From the NCBI GenBank assembly GCA_016839815.1, contig JAEOTM010000170.1, positions 1 to 58,739 on the forward strand: a stretch of 58,739 bases of DNA. The letters run 5' to 3'. The notes under the pieces were generated by a model. The model searched no databases. It was not told the origin of the DNA and saw only the letters and a list, made by a program, of their open reading frames with translations. Below, piece after piece: positions 47,822 through 58,003 of this stretch (position 1 is the stretch's first letter; every line of letters starts with the position of its first letter). The position numbers and the translations under genes are program-made. The stretch is from Candidatus Hodarchaeota archaeon. Its GTDB lineage: Archaea > Asgardarchaeota > Heimdallarchaeia > Hodarchaeales > Hodarchaeaceae.

Positions 47822-48793
47822 CTAGATAAGATCAATTTTGTGTAATATATACCATATTGGTACAATAAGAAGAAAACTAACTACAATTACTATCCAGAAA
47901 GCAAAAGGATTATCTGCGAGTGGTAAAGGAGTCAAGTTCATCCCATAGAGACTCGCAATAAGTGTAGGTACCATGACAATGAGAGAAATTGAAGTTAATA
48001 CTTTGATCAAATCATTCTGATTATTTGAGATAACAGAAGCATACGCATCAAGACTGCTTTCAATCAAATCACGATAAATTCGAAGAAGATCTGCTTGTTG
48101 TTGCAAATCAATTGACAAATCCTCAAGATCATCCAACAGTTCTGGAAGTTCTTTAAACTCGGGTGCTTTTTGTAATTGATAAAATGCCCGAACGTTTCCT
48201 CTTAGTGCCGCATCTAAATAGGTGGCTTCACGAGATAGAGTAAATACTTGCTCTATTGACTTTGATTTAACCGATTTAAAAATTACTTGTTCTAAGGCTG
48301 CAAGTTCTTGATCTATGATATCTACCGCTAGCTCATACGATTTAACGACACTCTCTAGCCAGCTTAGGAGAACCAGGATAGTAGGCCTTGATCTTTTCCT
48401 TCGAGTTCCCAGTGGTTTTCGGACTCTTTTTGCTTCAATCGCTTGATGCTGAATCGTAATCAAGTGGGAACCAGTTAAAAATACCGTGATTGGAAGAGTT
48501 GTTTGACGAGACTGAAAAAGTTCACTTTTCTTGAATTGTTCTCCAGAGGGAACTCTTAATACTAATTTTATGAATGGTGGATCGTTTTCAGGTTCTAATT
48601 CCAAACGAGGACGTTCATCTACATCCAAAGAGTCCTCTAAATCCTCCCAAGGAATTTTATAGGTATTTTGAATGGCTTTTAATTCTTCCTTCGTCGGTTT
48701 CGTGCAGATCATCGAAGTTGGAACATTAGGAAGAATACCCTCCACATAATCAGTGAAGGTTAGTCCAGTTTCGAGATTTTTTACTTCAATCAA
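47822..48793 (-). CDS. corA: CorA-family Mg2+ transporter
   Basis: LD.DERPR.E, SVISNNQN..IKVLT and PTLIASLYGMN, with two C-terminal TM. Confidence 0.93.
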   Translation of the reverse strand: MIEVKNLETGLTFTDYVEGILPNVPTSMICTKPTKEELKAIQNTYKIPWEDLEDSLDVDERPRLELEPENDPPFIKLVLRVPSGEQFKKSELFQSRQTTLPITVFLTGSHLITIQHQAIEAKRVRKPLGTRRKRSRPTILVLLSWLESVVKSYELAVDIIDQELAALEQVIFKSVKSKSIEQVFTLSREATYLDAALRGNVRAFYQLQKAPEFKELPELLDDLEDLSIDLQQQADLLRIYRDLIESSLDAYASVISNNQNDLIKVLTSISLIVMVPTLIASLYGMNLTPLPLADNPFAFWIVIVVSFLLIVPIWYILHKIDLI

Positions 48794-48912
48794 AATTAAC
48801 GTCCTCCTAGACTAAGCCATCTTTTATGGCTAATAAGCTATTTCATCCTGCTATAAATATTTACAATACAATCATTTAATATTTTTCTATTCAGGCTCTT
48901 CGTAGTACTTGA

Positions 48913-49548
48913 TCATTTTTTCCTAATTGGTTGTCGTATAACAGTACGTAATTTTTCAGGTTTTGTTCGTCGAGGATCGCTAAGATAAATCTCATGATGT
49001 TTATTATGCAAGAGATAATCCCTTTCTTCAGCATAACGATGCATATTAGCAATAATAGGCCCTTCCTCACTGAATGGACCGAGATGTAAAACTTGAACTA
49101 CCGTACCTTCAGAATACAATTCATAACGAATTTTGTTAAAATTTTCTGGCTTTTTTTTCTCTTTAAATAATTTAAGGGCTTTAACAATCTGTTCCTCATC
49201 GACAAAGTCAGGGATTCGGATCATCGAGGTCCACTTCCATTCATCCTTTCTTTCCAAATATGATTCAGTAAACACTTCCATATCATCCGCCCACCAAAGT
49301 CCTTCGAGAGGAGGAACTACATAATCTTTGCCAGCTGGTTTCATAACACTCATTTTCAGAGTATAAGAAACGCCATATAGTAATTGCATTGCTTCTTGGT
49401 ATAAAGGATTATCACCTGGATACCCTGTTCCATCCACCATGAAAAACCACATGTCGGGGATATCTAAGATGTGAGGATCTCGTGATGGACTATAAAGATT
49501 GGGAAATTGTTTTTTCAAGTCAGTTTTTTTTGTCATTTCATTTCTCAC
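48913..49548 (-). CDS. GyrI-like small-molecule-binding protein
   Basis: DG.G.P, YVVPPLEGLWW, W.WTSMIR.P, VQVLHLGPFSEE and HHEIYLSDPRR..PEKLRTVIRQP. Confidence 0.9.
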   Translation of the reverse strand: MRNEMTKKTDLKKQFPNLYSPSRDPHILDIPDMWFFMVDGTGYPGDNPLYQEAMQLLYGVSYTLKMSVMKPAGKDYVVPPLEGLWWADDMEVFTESYLERKDEWKWTSMIRIPDFVDEEQIVKALKLFKEKKKPENFNKIRYELYSEGTVVQVLHLGPFSEEGPIIANMHRYAEERDYLLHNKHHEIYLSDPRRTKPEKLRTVIRQPIRKK

Positions 49549-50160
49549 CTATATCCTTCTTTCTTCTTGTTCAATATTCAATTCCAATTTTTTAGTTAAT
49601 TCCTTTAAAAAATCATTTTTCGCATTCAAGGAGTAAAAAGCATAATTAAATAACGCCCATACATGAATTGGTAACATATCACCATGAGTATGTGTGCTAT
49701 CTTCAGCGAATCGGCCACGAACTATTGCCACACGCTCGTTAATACGATTAGTATATTGTTTAATGATGTTTAGGAATTCTTTATCTGTTAATACAAACGC
49801 ACCTGCAAGCGCTAAATTCATTTCATGGTAATTCAAATCCATATTCTGGAAATAATGAAGAACGGTTTTTTTTAAAACTTTGAGTCCTTTTGGGGTAACT
49901 ATAAATAATTTCTGAGGTGCTCCTACGTCACTAATGGAATTTGAATTAGTTTTTACCTCTTTAGAGGTTATCAAGTTCTTCTTCTCAAGTTGATTCAGTG
50001 TATAATACACCGATGAAAATGAAAGTCGTGACCATTGCTGTATATTCCGCTCTACAATTAGTTTATTTAACTTAGTACCACTAATTCCAGTTTCATTATA
50101 TGGAGAGTGAGCCACCATTCCTAGGATGAGAAACTGCTTGGCAGATATCGTTTCAATCAA
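49549..50160 (-). CDS. PadR-family transcriptional regulator
   Basis: ILG....G..L.K.I..RNI..W..LSFSSVYYTLNQLEKK.LI and K.F.VTPKG winged helix. Confidence 0.85.
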   Translation of the reverse strand: MIETISAKQFLILGMVAHSPYNETGISGTKLNKLIVERNIQQWSRLSFSSVYYTLNQLEKKNLITSKEVKTNSNSISDVGAPQKLFIVTPKGLKVLKKTVLHYFQNMDLNYHEMNLALAGAFVLTDKEFLNIIKQYTNRINERVAIVRGRFAEDSTHTHGDMLPIHVWALFNYAFYSLNAKNDFLKELTKKLELNIEQEERRI

Positions 50161-51233
50161 TCTCCCAATATTTTAAAGGAAAGCAACTTGGTAGCTCCTT
50201 CTTCTTCGAGATTTTTAATTTCGGTTAATTTTGATCTAATAGAGTTCATCGTTTCAACCTGTTCAGAAGTTGAAAGGTCTTCTCCTAATTGAGAAAATTG
50301 TATGGCAATTTCCTCCCATCTCTCGCCTAACTTCTCATAGAATTCAGCTAGTCTTTTTAAGGAACTATTATTTAATTCTTGGGCAATTTCTTGAAGGAAC
50401 TCTGCGAAAAGGTAACGAAATAACCCCCCACCTGTACCATAATTATGAGTTTTTGTACCTATATAACCTGCTTGCTGTATACATCTGAATTTTAATTTGT
50501 CGCTAGACTGTTTTAACCATCGATTTAAATCTTTTATTAGGACATCAATTGCTGTTATTCCACTGTGAATTCCCATTAATCTGAGGATTCGACCACTTTT
50601 TGACAAAAGGTTTTTACCTGTTCGATTTAACACGTCTTCAATAATTACTGAGAGTTCTGGTTTTTGGTTAGGAAAATCAAATTCATAGATTAAATTGTTT
50701 GGAGCCATAAATCTGTCATATGTGGAATTTCGACCTTTTGCTAGTTCTTCATACGTGACACGCAACAAATCTGGAAAGTGTGTATCAGAGACAACAACAG
50801 AACTATCTTCAGGATTATAACCACAAACTGCTATAGTATGTCCTCCAAAATGATAATCCTCTTGTAGATCTGTTTGATATTTAAGAAAACCCATATCTAT
50901 ATTAATTACTACAGGTATTTCACTATTTAAATGTTGTTTTAAACGATTCCACCCCTCTTGTTCGTTTTTCGTTGTAAATTCATTCAAGGAAACCTTTAAA
51001 GTGCTACAAAGATCTACTACGAAATCTTTGTTGCGACCTCCAAAGAATGGGGTCATTTTAGGGATTTTTAGATAGGCTAAAGTCATACCACTAGCTAACC
51101 CAAAAATCATTGCTTCACTCATTTTCCATCCATAGAATTCAAATACATCTCGTACAGCAGAGGAAGTACAATGAACTCCCGGTTCATGCCTATAACTTTT
51201 TATAATTTGTTGTTGTTTATAATTCTCACTCAT
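50157..51233 (-). CDS. BtrH_N/DUF4872 papain-like (NlpC/P60-related) protein
   Basis: GVHCTSS (Cys), SEAMIFGL..G, HFGGH (His), GY...VSD and GTGGGLFRYLFAEFL.E. AGGTGA RBS precedes the ATG at 51233. Confidence 0.85.
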   Translation of the reverse strand: MSENYKQQQIIKSYRHEPGVHCTSSAVRDVFEFYGWKMSEAMIFGLASGMTLAYLKIPKMTPFFGGRNKDFVVDLCSTLKVSLNEFTTKNEQEGWNRLKQHLNSEIPVVINIDMGFLKYQTDLQEDYHFGGHTIAVCGYNPEDSSVVVSDTHFPDLLRVTYEELAKGRNSTYDRFMAPNNLIYEFDFPNQKPELSVIIEDVLNRTGKNLLSKSGRILRLMGIHSGITAIDVLIKDLNRWLKQSSDKLKFRCIQQAGYIGTKTHNYGTGGGLFRYLFAEFLQEIAQELNNSSLKRLAEFYEKLGERWEEIAIQFSQLGEDLSTSEQVETMNSIRSKLTEIKNLEEEGATKLLSFKILGD

Positions 51234-51257
51234 ATTGGTCACCTATAGCAATATATA

Positions 51258-51280
51258 AATTTTTCAAAACTTGAAAAATT
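51258..51280. promoter_or_regulatory. Perfect palindromic operator candidate abutting the TATA box of the btrH-padR-gyrI operon
   Basis: AATTTTTCAA-aac-TTGAAAAATT, next to TTTATATA on the minus strand (~51252-51259). Confidence 0.6.
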
Positions 51281-51347
51281 ATTTCCTCATTTATTTTAAG
51301 AACTAATCATTGATTTTTAAGATTTTCTTTACTAACAGTGGAAAATG

Positions 51348-51370
51348 AATTTTTCAAATTTAGAAAAAAT
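51348..51370. promoter_or_regulatory. Second, imperfect copy of the same operator candidate
   Basis: AATTTTTCAA-att-TAGAAAAAAT, offset by exactly 90 bp from the first copy. Confidence 0.5.
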
Positions 51371-51448
51371 CTTTAAAGGATCTATTTCAAAAAAAATGGA
51401 TGATTTTCCTTAGAGTAAGGAAAAACGGTGAAATCATGTATTATTTGA

Positions 51449-52387
51449 TCAAAATATGAGCTTAGGTTTGAACTGATCCACTTGAACATTGAGTTGATCA
51501 ATTTCTTGCCTTGAGAGGCTGACATCTCCTGCTTGAGCATTTTCCTCAAGTTGTGATAGACTCTTTGCCCCAGGAATTGCTATTACCTGTTTATTTTGAA
51601 TCAACCAGCTTAATGCTAATTGTGACATTGTTATGTTCTTTTCTTGAGCAATGATTTTCATTTCTTCGAGTAAAGGGGCACCTCGTTTGAAATTACTTTC
51701 TCTAAATAATCTATTTCTACGTCGAGTTCCTTTTGGTGAATTATGAGGTGTATATTTTCCAGTCAGATACCCTTGTCCTAGAGGTGAATATGCCATCACT
51801 GTGACTTTGTGTGCCTCGGCATATGGTAAAAATTCGTTTTTTACCCTAGATTTTGCCATAGAATAATTTAATTGGTCAACCTCAATCGAAAATTTATTCA
51901 TCTTGGATTGAGCTTTTTGAAATCTCTTCAAACCAAAATTGCTGATACCGATGTGGCGAATCTTCCCATCTTCAACCATTTGTTCCATATGTTCTAATGT
52001 TGCTCCTAAAGGAAGAAGAGGGTTAGGCCAATGAATCAGATACACGTCTAGATACTCTGTTTGTAATCGTTCAAGACTTTTAGCTAATGCTCGTTTCACG
52101 GCAGATGGACGGATGGCTGCAGGTAAGAATTTAGAGACAATAATTATATCTTCTCTGTTATGTTCTTTTATTGCTTGTCCTACAATCCTTTCTGATTGAC
52201 CTCCACCATATACTTCAGCAGTATCGATTATATTAATACCTAGATCGAAGGATTTATGAACGATTTCAATTGCATCTTTCTTAGTAAAATCTGTTCCAAA
52301 TCCCCAACCTTTGGAGCCAAATTGCCATGTTCCAAGTCCTATCTGTGAAATCTTCGTCTCACTCTTTCCTAAAGTAGTATATTGCAC
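51449..52387 (-). CDS. Aldo/keto reductase
   Basis: IGLGTWQFG, IDTAEVYG, VSK, SLERLQTEYLDVYLIHWP, IGISNF, AYSPL.QG and AIPGAK. Confidence 0.94.
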   Translation of the reverse strand: MQYTTLGKSETKISQIGLGTWQFGSKGWGFGTDFTKKDAIEIVHKSFDLGINIIDTAEVYGGGQSERIVGQAIKEHNREDIIIVSKFLPAAIRPSAVKRALAKSLERLQTEYLDVYLIHWPNPLLPLGATLEHMEQMVEDGKIRHIGISNFGLKRFQKAQSKMNKFSIEVDQLNYSMAKSRVKNEFLPYAEAHKVTVMAYSPLGQGYLTGKYTPHNSPKGTRRRNRLFRESNFKRGAPLLEEMKIIAQEKNITMSQLALSWLIQNKQVIAIPGAKSLSQLEENAQAGDVSLSRQEIDQLNVQVDQFKPKLIF

Positions 52388-52556
52388 GCATTTCGCCTTA
52401 AAAAGCTATTAGATGACTTCCTTCAAAAAAATTAAGTTAAGAAAATGGCACCCCATCTATGAATAGTGAGCTTTTAGTTATTTTATAGGACACAAAAGTT
52501 TTGAATACACTGCAAAGCACAATTCCCAGATATTTTTTCATTATTCGATAAAAACG

Positions 52557-53939
52557 GTGGTTAGATTTTCAATGGTCAATCCTACAATCTTAGCACAAAT
52601 TCAGTTCTATATAACGATTGGATTTCACTTCATATTTCCTCCCTTATCAATCGGATTAAGTTGGTATATAGCCTATCTATTAACTCGATATATACGATCA
52701 AAAGATCTGTACTATAAAGAACAAGCTTTCTTTTGGATCAAGTTATTTGCTACAACGGTGGCAATTGGAATCCCAACAGGAGTCCTCATGGAATTCCAAT
52801 TTGGAATGAACTGGTCAGAGTTCTCCCGGTTTGTTGGGGAAGTGTTTGCTACTTTAATCTTATTAGAAGTCTTCTTTGCGTTCTTTCTTGAATCTGTATT
52901 TCTCGGTGTGATCTTATCAGGGATGCGAACAAAGAGAATTTCAGATCGAATATTATGGTTCTCTTCAATGATGGTAGCTTTGGGCACAACACTCTCATCT
53001 TTTTGGATATTAGCAGCGAACTCATGGATGCAAACACCAGGAGTCCCTGGAGCACCTGGATCTGGTTGGGATATTGTGGGGGACAAAGCAGTTCTCACCA
53101 ATTTTTGGGATATTGTCTTTACTCCCTCGATGTTTGCTAGATTCTTTCATACCGTTAATGCCTGCCTGATAGCAGGATCATTTTTCATCATTGGTATTAG
53201 TTGCCTTTATTTAATGAAAAACCGTCATCATCAGTTTGCTTATGACTCTTTGAGAGTTGCTTTAGTAGTAGGAATCGTTCTTTCAATTATGCAAGGATTT
53301 TTTGGTCATTGGCAATCTACCATCGTGGCCATCTATCAACCCGCAAAATTTGCAGCACAAGAAGGTCTATTTGAAACAACTTCGGGTGCCCCACTTGTTA
53401 TTTTTGCAATCATTGATGATTCTGGAGTTATCTTTGAAATAGGAATTCCGTTCCTTCTCAGTTTCTTGACCTGGGGAGATCCTAATGCCACTGTTACAGG
53501 ATTAGAAGCATTCCCACCTGGGGATCGTCCCTCGGTTATCCTTTCATTTTATCCTTTTCATTTAATGGTTATGATAGGCTTGTTTTTAGTGGGAGTTGCG
53601 GCACTAGGTACATTCCTTCTCTGGAAAAAGAGTTTAAAAGATGAATCTTCTTTCTTACGAAAGTGGTTCTTACGATTAGGTGTTTTAGCGGCCCCTTTAA
53701 CACTTATATCAATAAATCTCGGATGGATTACTGCTGAAAGTGGTCGACAACCTTGGATAATTCAAGATATTCTTCGAACAGCCGATGCGGCCTCAGCTGC
53801 ACCTGGAGAAGAAGTTCTACTCTCCTTGTCGACTTATATTCTCACTTACATTGTCCTTTTTGTTGCATGGATCCTAGTGATGAAACGAATATTCACTAAA
53901 GGTCCATCTTTAACCAATATCGAAGAGGTGTCTACATGA
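52557..53939 (+). CDS. cydA: Cytochrome bd ubiquinol oxidase subunit I (short Q-loop)
   Basis: FHFIFP, EFQFGMNW, FFLES.FLG, ANSWMQTP, RFFH, QPAKFAAQEG, FHLMV and GWITAESGRQPW. Confidence 0.96.
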   Translation: MVRFSMVNPTILAQIQFYITIGFHFIFPPLSIGLSWYIAYLLTRYIRSKDLYYKEQAFFWIKLFATTVAIGIPTGVLMEFQFGMNWSEFSRFVGEVFATLILLEVFFAFFLESVFLGVILSGMRTKRISDRILWFSSMMVALGTTLSSFWILAANSWMQTPGVPGAPGSGWDIVGDKAVLTNFWDIVFTPSMFARFFHTVNACLIAGSFFIIGISCLYLMKNRHHQFAYDSLRVALVVGIVLSIMQGFFGHWQSTIVAIYQPAKFAAQEGLFETTSGAPLVIFAIIDDSGVIFEIGIPFLLSFLTWGDPNATVTGLEAFPPGDRPSVILSFYPFHLMVMIGLFLVGVAALGTFLLWKKSLKDESSFLRKWFLRLGVLAAPLTLISINLGWITAESGRQPWIIQDILRTADAASAAPGEEVLLSLSTYILTYIVLFVAWILVMKRIFTKGPSLTNIEEVST

Positions 53940-54979
53940 CTGCACTACAGGAAATTTGGTTTCTCTTCTTAGCTGTGATTGTAATTGTTTATGTAATTCT
54001 AGATGGATTTGACCTTGGAGTAGGATTCTGGTATATCTTTGCTAAAGATAAACATGAAGAGACAACACTCAATGAACGAAAGGAAATTATCCAATCTATT
54101 GCTCCTTTCTGGGATGGTAACGAAGTCTGGCTTCTTGCTGCAGGAGGAATCCTGTTTGCTGCTTTTTCAGATGTATATGCAACCGTATTTAGTGCATTCT
54201 ATATCCCATTAATCCTTGTAGTATTTTGTCTAATTATTCGTGCCGTTTCTATTGAATTCAGGGAAGAATTTCCTTCTCCTCTATGGCATAAAATTTCTGA
54301 TATTGCTTTTATTGTGGGAAGTTTAGGCCCAGCAATCGCTTTTGGAGTTTTGATTGGTAATTTAGTTCAAGGTATTGCAATTGATGCCAACAAACAATTC
54401 ACTGGCTCATTTATTGACTTTTTCAATCCATATGCTATTCTCATTGGTTCATTAGCATTGTCAATGATTATTACACACGGTGCGGTCTATTTAAGAGTCC
54501 GTGCCACTGATAAATTGGCAGCTAAAGCAACACAATGGGCTAAATTTGGAATAATTAGCTTTCTCGCAATTTCATCTAGTTCATTGGTGATAAGTCTAAT
54601 TTTCCATCCACATATCATCGATAATTATGTAGATCTACCAATTCTGCTTATCATTCCATTAATTGGATTTGTTTTTATTTTAACAACTGTCTACTTCATT
54701 TGGTATGAAAAAGAAGCAAAAAAAACCTTTATTCTTTCTTCTCTCTCAATAGCTTTTAGTATTTTGGGTGCAGGTGCAGCAATTTATCCAAATTTAGTAT
54801 TTTCATCCCTTGATGAAGCATATAGTCTAACAATTCACAATGCATCTGCAACAGATACTGGACTTTTGGTGATGCTTATAGTAGCCATCATTGCTCTTCC
54901 TCTTATATTAGTCTATACTATCTGGGTGTATCGAATGATGGGTACAAAATTAAAGGATGAAGACATTACGGGATATTAA
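53936..54979 (+). CDS. cydB: Cytochrome bd ubiquinol oxidase subunit II
   Basis: LDGFDLGVG, PFWDGNEVWL, RAVSIEFR, FFNPY and SLTIHNA. ATGA overlap with cydA. Confidence 0.96.
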   Translation: MTALQEIWFLFLAVIVIVYVILDGFDLGVGFWYIFAKDKHEETTLNERKEIIQSIAPFWDGNEVWLLAAGGILFAAFSDVYATVFSAFYIPLILVVFCLIIRAVSIEFREEFPSPLWHKISDIAFIVGSLGPAIAFGVLIGNLVQGIAIDANKQFTGSFIDFFNPYAILIGSLALSMIITHGAVYLRVRATDKLAAKATQWAKFGIISFLAISSSSLVISLIFHPHIIDNYVDLPILLIIPLIGFVFILTTVYFIWYEKEAKKTFILSSLSIAFSILGAGAAIYPNLVFSSLDEAYSLTIHNASATDTGLLVMLIVAIIALPLILVYTIWVYRMMGTKLKDEDITGY

Positions 54980-54984
54980 TTGGA

Positions 54985-56100
54985 ATGTTAACCGAGAAGC
55001 AACGGGATCATCTAAGACAGTTTGCTTCTCCATCACGCGAAACAGGGTTTACACGATCTATTTACAGTTACCCAGCAAAATTTCTTTCTCATCTTCCCCG
55101 AGAACTAATTAAGATGTTCACACAAGAAGGTGATCAAATCTGTGATCCTTTTGTAGGCGGCGGAACCATAGCTCTGGAAGCTATGCTGCTTAATAGACCG
55201 TTTGTAGGATATGATATTAATCCATTTGCATTATTAGTTTCTAGAGTAAAAACTTCATATATCTCCTCAATTGAACTTAAGGAACATTTAGGACTAATAC
55301 AGAGTGAAATGAATTCGTCGACAAAACCAACACATAATTATCTTGATTCAACTGATAAAGAATGTTTGGGCATGATAATATCTACAGAGATTAATTTACT
55401 TGCCTCTACGATCAAAATCCTTGATTTCAAACCTAAAATTCAAGACTTCTTTAACTTAGCACTAATTCATGTTACTAAAATCGTCGGAAGAAGAGATTTT
55501 GAAGAACGAGAAAATTGGCGAAGTTTATCCATTGTACCAATGTTTATCCGCAAATGTACTAAGATGATTGAAGCAGTCTCTTCTTTACCAACTCTAGTTC
55601 CGTACCCTCCTACCTTGAATTTAGGTTCTAACCATAAAATGAACATTCCCAATCATAGTATAGATTTAATCATTACTTCACCTCCATATTTAGAGGTGGA
55701 TGTAGAATATCAACAAATTCAAATCCAACGAAGGAGTATCAATAGATCCAAAAGAACTAATTTCATTAATCACTTACTTGGATCAGATCCACTTCCCAAG
55801 AAAGAATTATGCTGGTCAGGAAAGAGTGGAAGGGTATATTGGAATAATTTTGAATCTACTTTAACTGAATGTCATCGAATTCTAAAACCAAATCATTATT
55901 TCTGTTTATGGACGGGATTTAAGAAAAAAGATTATCAAGATAAGCTAGAAAGACTAATTGAGAAGAATCAGTTTACTCTAGTTGATGTAATCTTAATTCC
56001 ACAAAGTGATAATCGAGCAGCATCCAGTCGATCTACTCATCATACTCGAGATACAAAAATGTTTAAGCAGGATTCAATTTTCATCTTGAGACGTAATTAA
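54985..56100 (+). CDS. Orphan amino (probably N4-cytosine) DNA methyltransferase
   Basis: YSYPAKF, motif I DPFVGGGT, GYDINP and motif IV IITSPPY. Confidence 0.85.
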   Translation: MLTEKQRDHLRQFASPSRETGFTRSIYSYPAKFLSHLPRELIKMFTQEGDQICDPFVGGGTIALEAMLLNRPFVGYDINPFALLVSRVKTSYISSIELKEHLGLIQSEMNSSTKPTHNYLDSTDKECLGMIISTEINLLASTIKILDFKPKIQDFFNLALIHVTKIVGRRDFEERENWRSLSIVPMFIRKCTKMIEAVSSLPTLVPYPPTLNLGSNHKMNIPNHSIDLIITSPPYLEVDVEYQQIQIQRRSINRSKRTNFINHLLGSDPLPKKELCWSGKSGRVYWNNFESTLTECHRILKPNHYFCLWTGFKKKDYQDKLERLIEKNQFTLVDVILIPQSDNRAASSRSTHHTRDTKMFKQDSIFILRRN

Positions 56101-56148
56101 ATTATTCTCATAAGATTAAACTTAAAGTGATCTTTAAACCGCTTCCAA

Positions 56149-57471
56149 TTGGAAAATACTAAGCAATTCAAGGTATTGAATGACACTATGATATTAGAGA
56201 CAGTGAATGAAGCAGATCTCCTGATCGGAGTGCTTGAAATCGGTGCAGTAATTATTTTCTCCCTTATTGTAGCTAGAGGTCTTGGAAATCGTGGAATACC
56301 TCAAGTTTTAGGCTTAATTACTGCAGGTGTAGTAATTAGAGGATTAACGATGACAACAGGTTTTCCTACGGAGCCAACTCCAGAATTAATATATCTTATC
56401 ACTACAGGTGCTCTGGGATTTATTGGATATAATATAGGAGCTCATATAGATATATTTAAGCTTCGAGATGCTTCTTGGGGGTTGCCTATAGTATTGATTG
56501 GAGAAGCTGTAGGAGCTTTTCTAGTAGTAGCTTTATTAGTTAACTTTTTGCTACAGGATTTTGTCTTAGCTTTATTATTAGGATCTATTGCGATGGCAAC
56601 GGCCCCTGCTGCAACATCCGAAGTAATACGGGAATATAACGCCCATGGTTCACTAAGTCAAACAATTCTATTTATTATTGCATTTGATGATATACTCGCA
56701 ATCATCTTCTTCAACATAGCATTGAGCTATGCTGAATCAACTTTTGCCAGTTCTACTCTTTCATTGTTCGAAATATTCTCCCCCATCATAATTGAAATTA
56801 TTGGTTCAATAGTAATTGGAGTTATTCTTGCTTTTGCTTTGAGACCATTTCATATTGAGGGTGTCAAAGCATCTGAATCAGCAGAATACGTTTTTCCATC
56901 AGTTTTAATTTGTATTTCAGTAGCAGGACTATTACATCTCTCTGTCATTCTAAGTTGCATTGTCTTTGGTTTTGCACTAAGTACACTAGCACGGTGTGAG
57001 GATAGGGCATGTGTTCGCGGAGTAGAAAGATTATCCAGTCCTATAGTTGCCCTTTTCTTCATCCTTGTGGGATATGAGATGGACTTGAATCTATTAGTTA
57101 CTCCTTTAATCCTCACGATTTTACTCTATTTCTTTGCAAGAGCTATTGGAAAGTCTACTGGATCGTTCATAGCTTCATCGCTTACTAAAATGCCAAAGAA
57201 AGTCACTCAAAATTTACCACTTTCTCTCATAAGCCAAGCTGGTGTAGCATTGGGACTTGCAGCTTATGCTTTTACTCGATTAAATGAATTAAACATCCCA
57301 GAAGCAAGTGATATGGCTATTATTCTGATAGATGTAATTGCGGTGAGTGTTTTACTTGCAGAAATCGTTGGCCCCCTTCTATTGAAAAGAGCTTTAATTA
57401 GAGCAAAGGAAATTAAAGATCCGATTCCTGGACCATTAATTGAAAATCAGACAAACTCTCAAGCTAGATAG
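56149..57471 (+). CDS. Cation:proton antiporter (CPA/Kef-type membrane domain)
   Basis: ALGFIGYNIG, ATAPAAT, AFDD, FFILVG, RAIGK and QAGVALGL. Confidence 0.88.
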   Translation: MENTKQFKVLNDTMILETVNEADLLIGVLEIGAVIIFSLIVARGLGNRGIPQVLGLITAGVVIRGLTMTTGFPTEPTPELIYLITTGALGFIGYNIGAHIDIFKLRDASWGLPIVLIGEAVGAFLVVALLVNFLLQDFVLALLLGSIAMATAPAATSEVIREYNAHGSLSQTILFIIAFDDILAIIFFNIALSYAESTFASSTLSLFEIFSPIIIEIIGSIVIGVILAFALRPFHIEGVKASESAEYVFPSVLICISVAGLLHLSVILSCIVFGFALSTLARCEDRACVRGVERLSSPIVALFFILVGYEMDLNLLVTPLILTILLYFFARAIGKSTGSFIASSLTKMPKKVTQNLPLSLISQAGVALGLAAYAFTRLNELNIPEASDMAIILIDVIAVSVLLAEIVGPLLLKRALIRAKEIKDPIPGPLIENQTNSQAR

Positions 57472-57528
57472 AATTGATAGATGAGTATTAGAGAATCTAT
57501 ATCTACTCTACTCACATTGTACACTGTT

Positions 57529-57861
57529 TTATCCATAATAAGGGGGTGGAGCAGAGTCCGATTTTTGTTTCTGTTTACCTACTTGAATTTCACCATGAAC
57601 ACTTTCATAACGTTTCACGTGTTCAGACATCCAGATCGCCATTCGCTTAAATATTAATGGGCTCATCTTAATATTGGCAACAAATTCATGTTGGACAGTA
57701 TCCAATACAATTTGAGCATTTGCTCCAAGCTGTGGAATAAGCTTATCGGTAAAAAAACTAATATTTCCTTCATTCGGATTTACTCCTCCAAAAAATCCTG
57801 AAATGGCGAAACTCGGTATGTCTTCAAATTTAACTTTTCTTCGTGGTAGCTGCTGAGCCAT
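57529..57861 (-). CDS. DUF3467-like small protein
   Basis: Pattern I.MSP..FKR....M...VKRYE..HGEI. Confidence 0.6.
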   Translation of the reverse strand: MAQQLPRRKVKFEDIPSFAISGFFGGVNPNEGNISFFTDKLIPQLGANAQIVLDTVQHEFVANIKMSPLIFKRMAIWMSEHVKRYESVHGEIQVGKQKQKSDSAPPPYYG

Positions 57862-58003
57862 TGTAAAAACTTCCCAATCGATTATTTAGGAATTGGTACT
57901 TAAAATTTCACCTTAAAGGTGATTGATAACGCTGCAAAGTGATAATAGTACGTCTCAATCAAAATTATTATCTTTTCTATTTCTCTCTCGATATGTGGAA
58001 AAA

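Noticed and set aside
11972-56100. A defence island formed by the OLD nuclease and the two methyltransferases (Gabija, R-M or BREX)
   Set aside because: The genes are tens of kb apart, sit among housekeeping genes, and lack partner helicase or nuclease genes.
501-57116. Many short ORFs in the track that are antisense to or nested in longer genes (for example 3223-3651, 14060-14506, 20756-21109, 27520-27927, 47043-47456, 52712-53101)
   Set aside because: They overlap well-supported genes and show no motifs or RBS. They are shadow ORFs.
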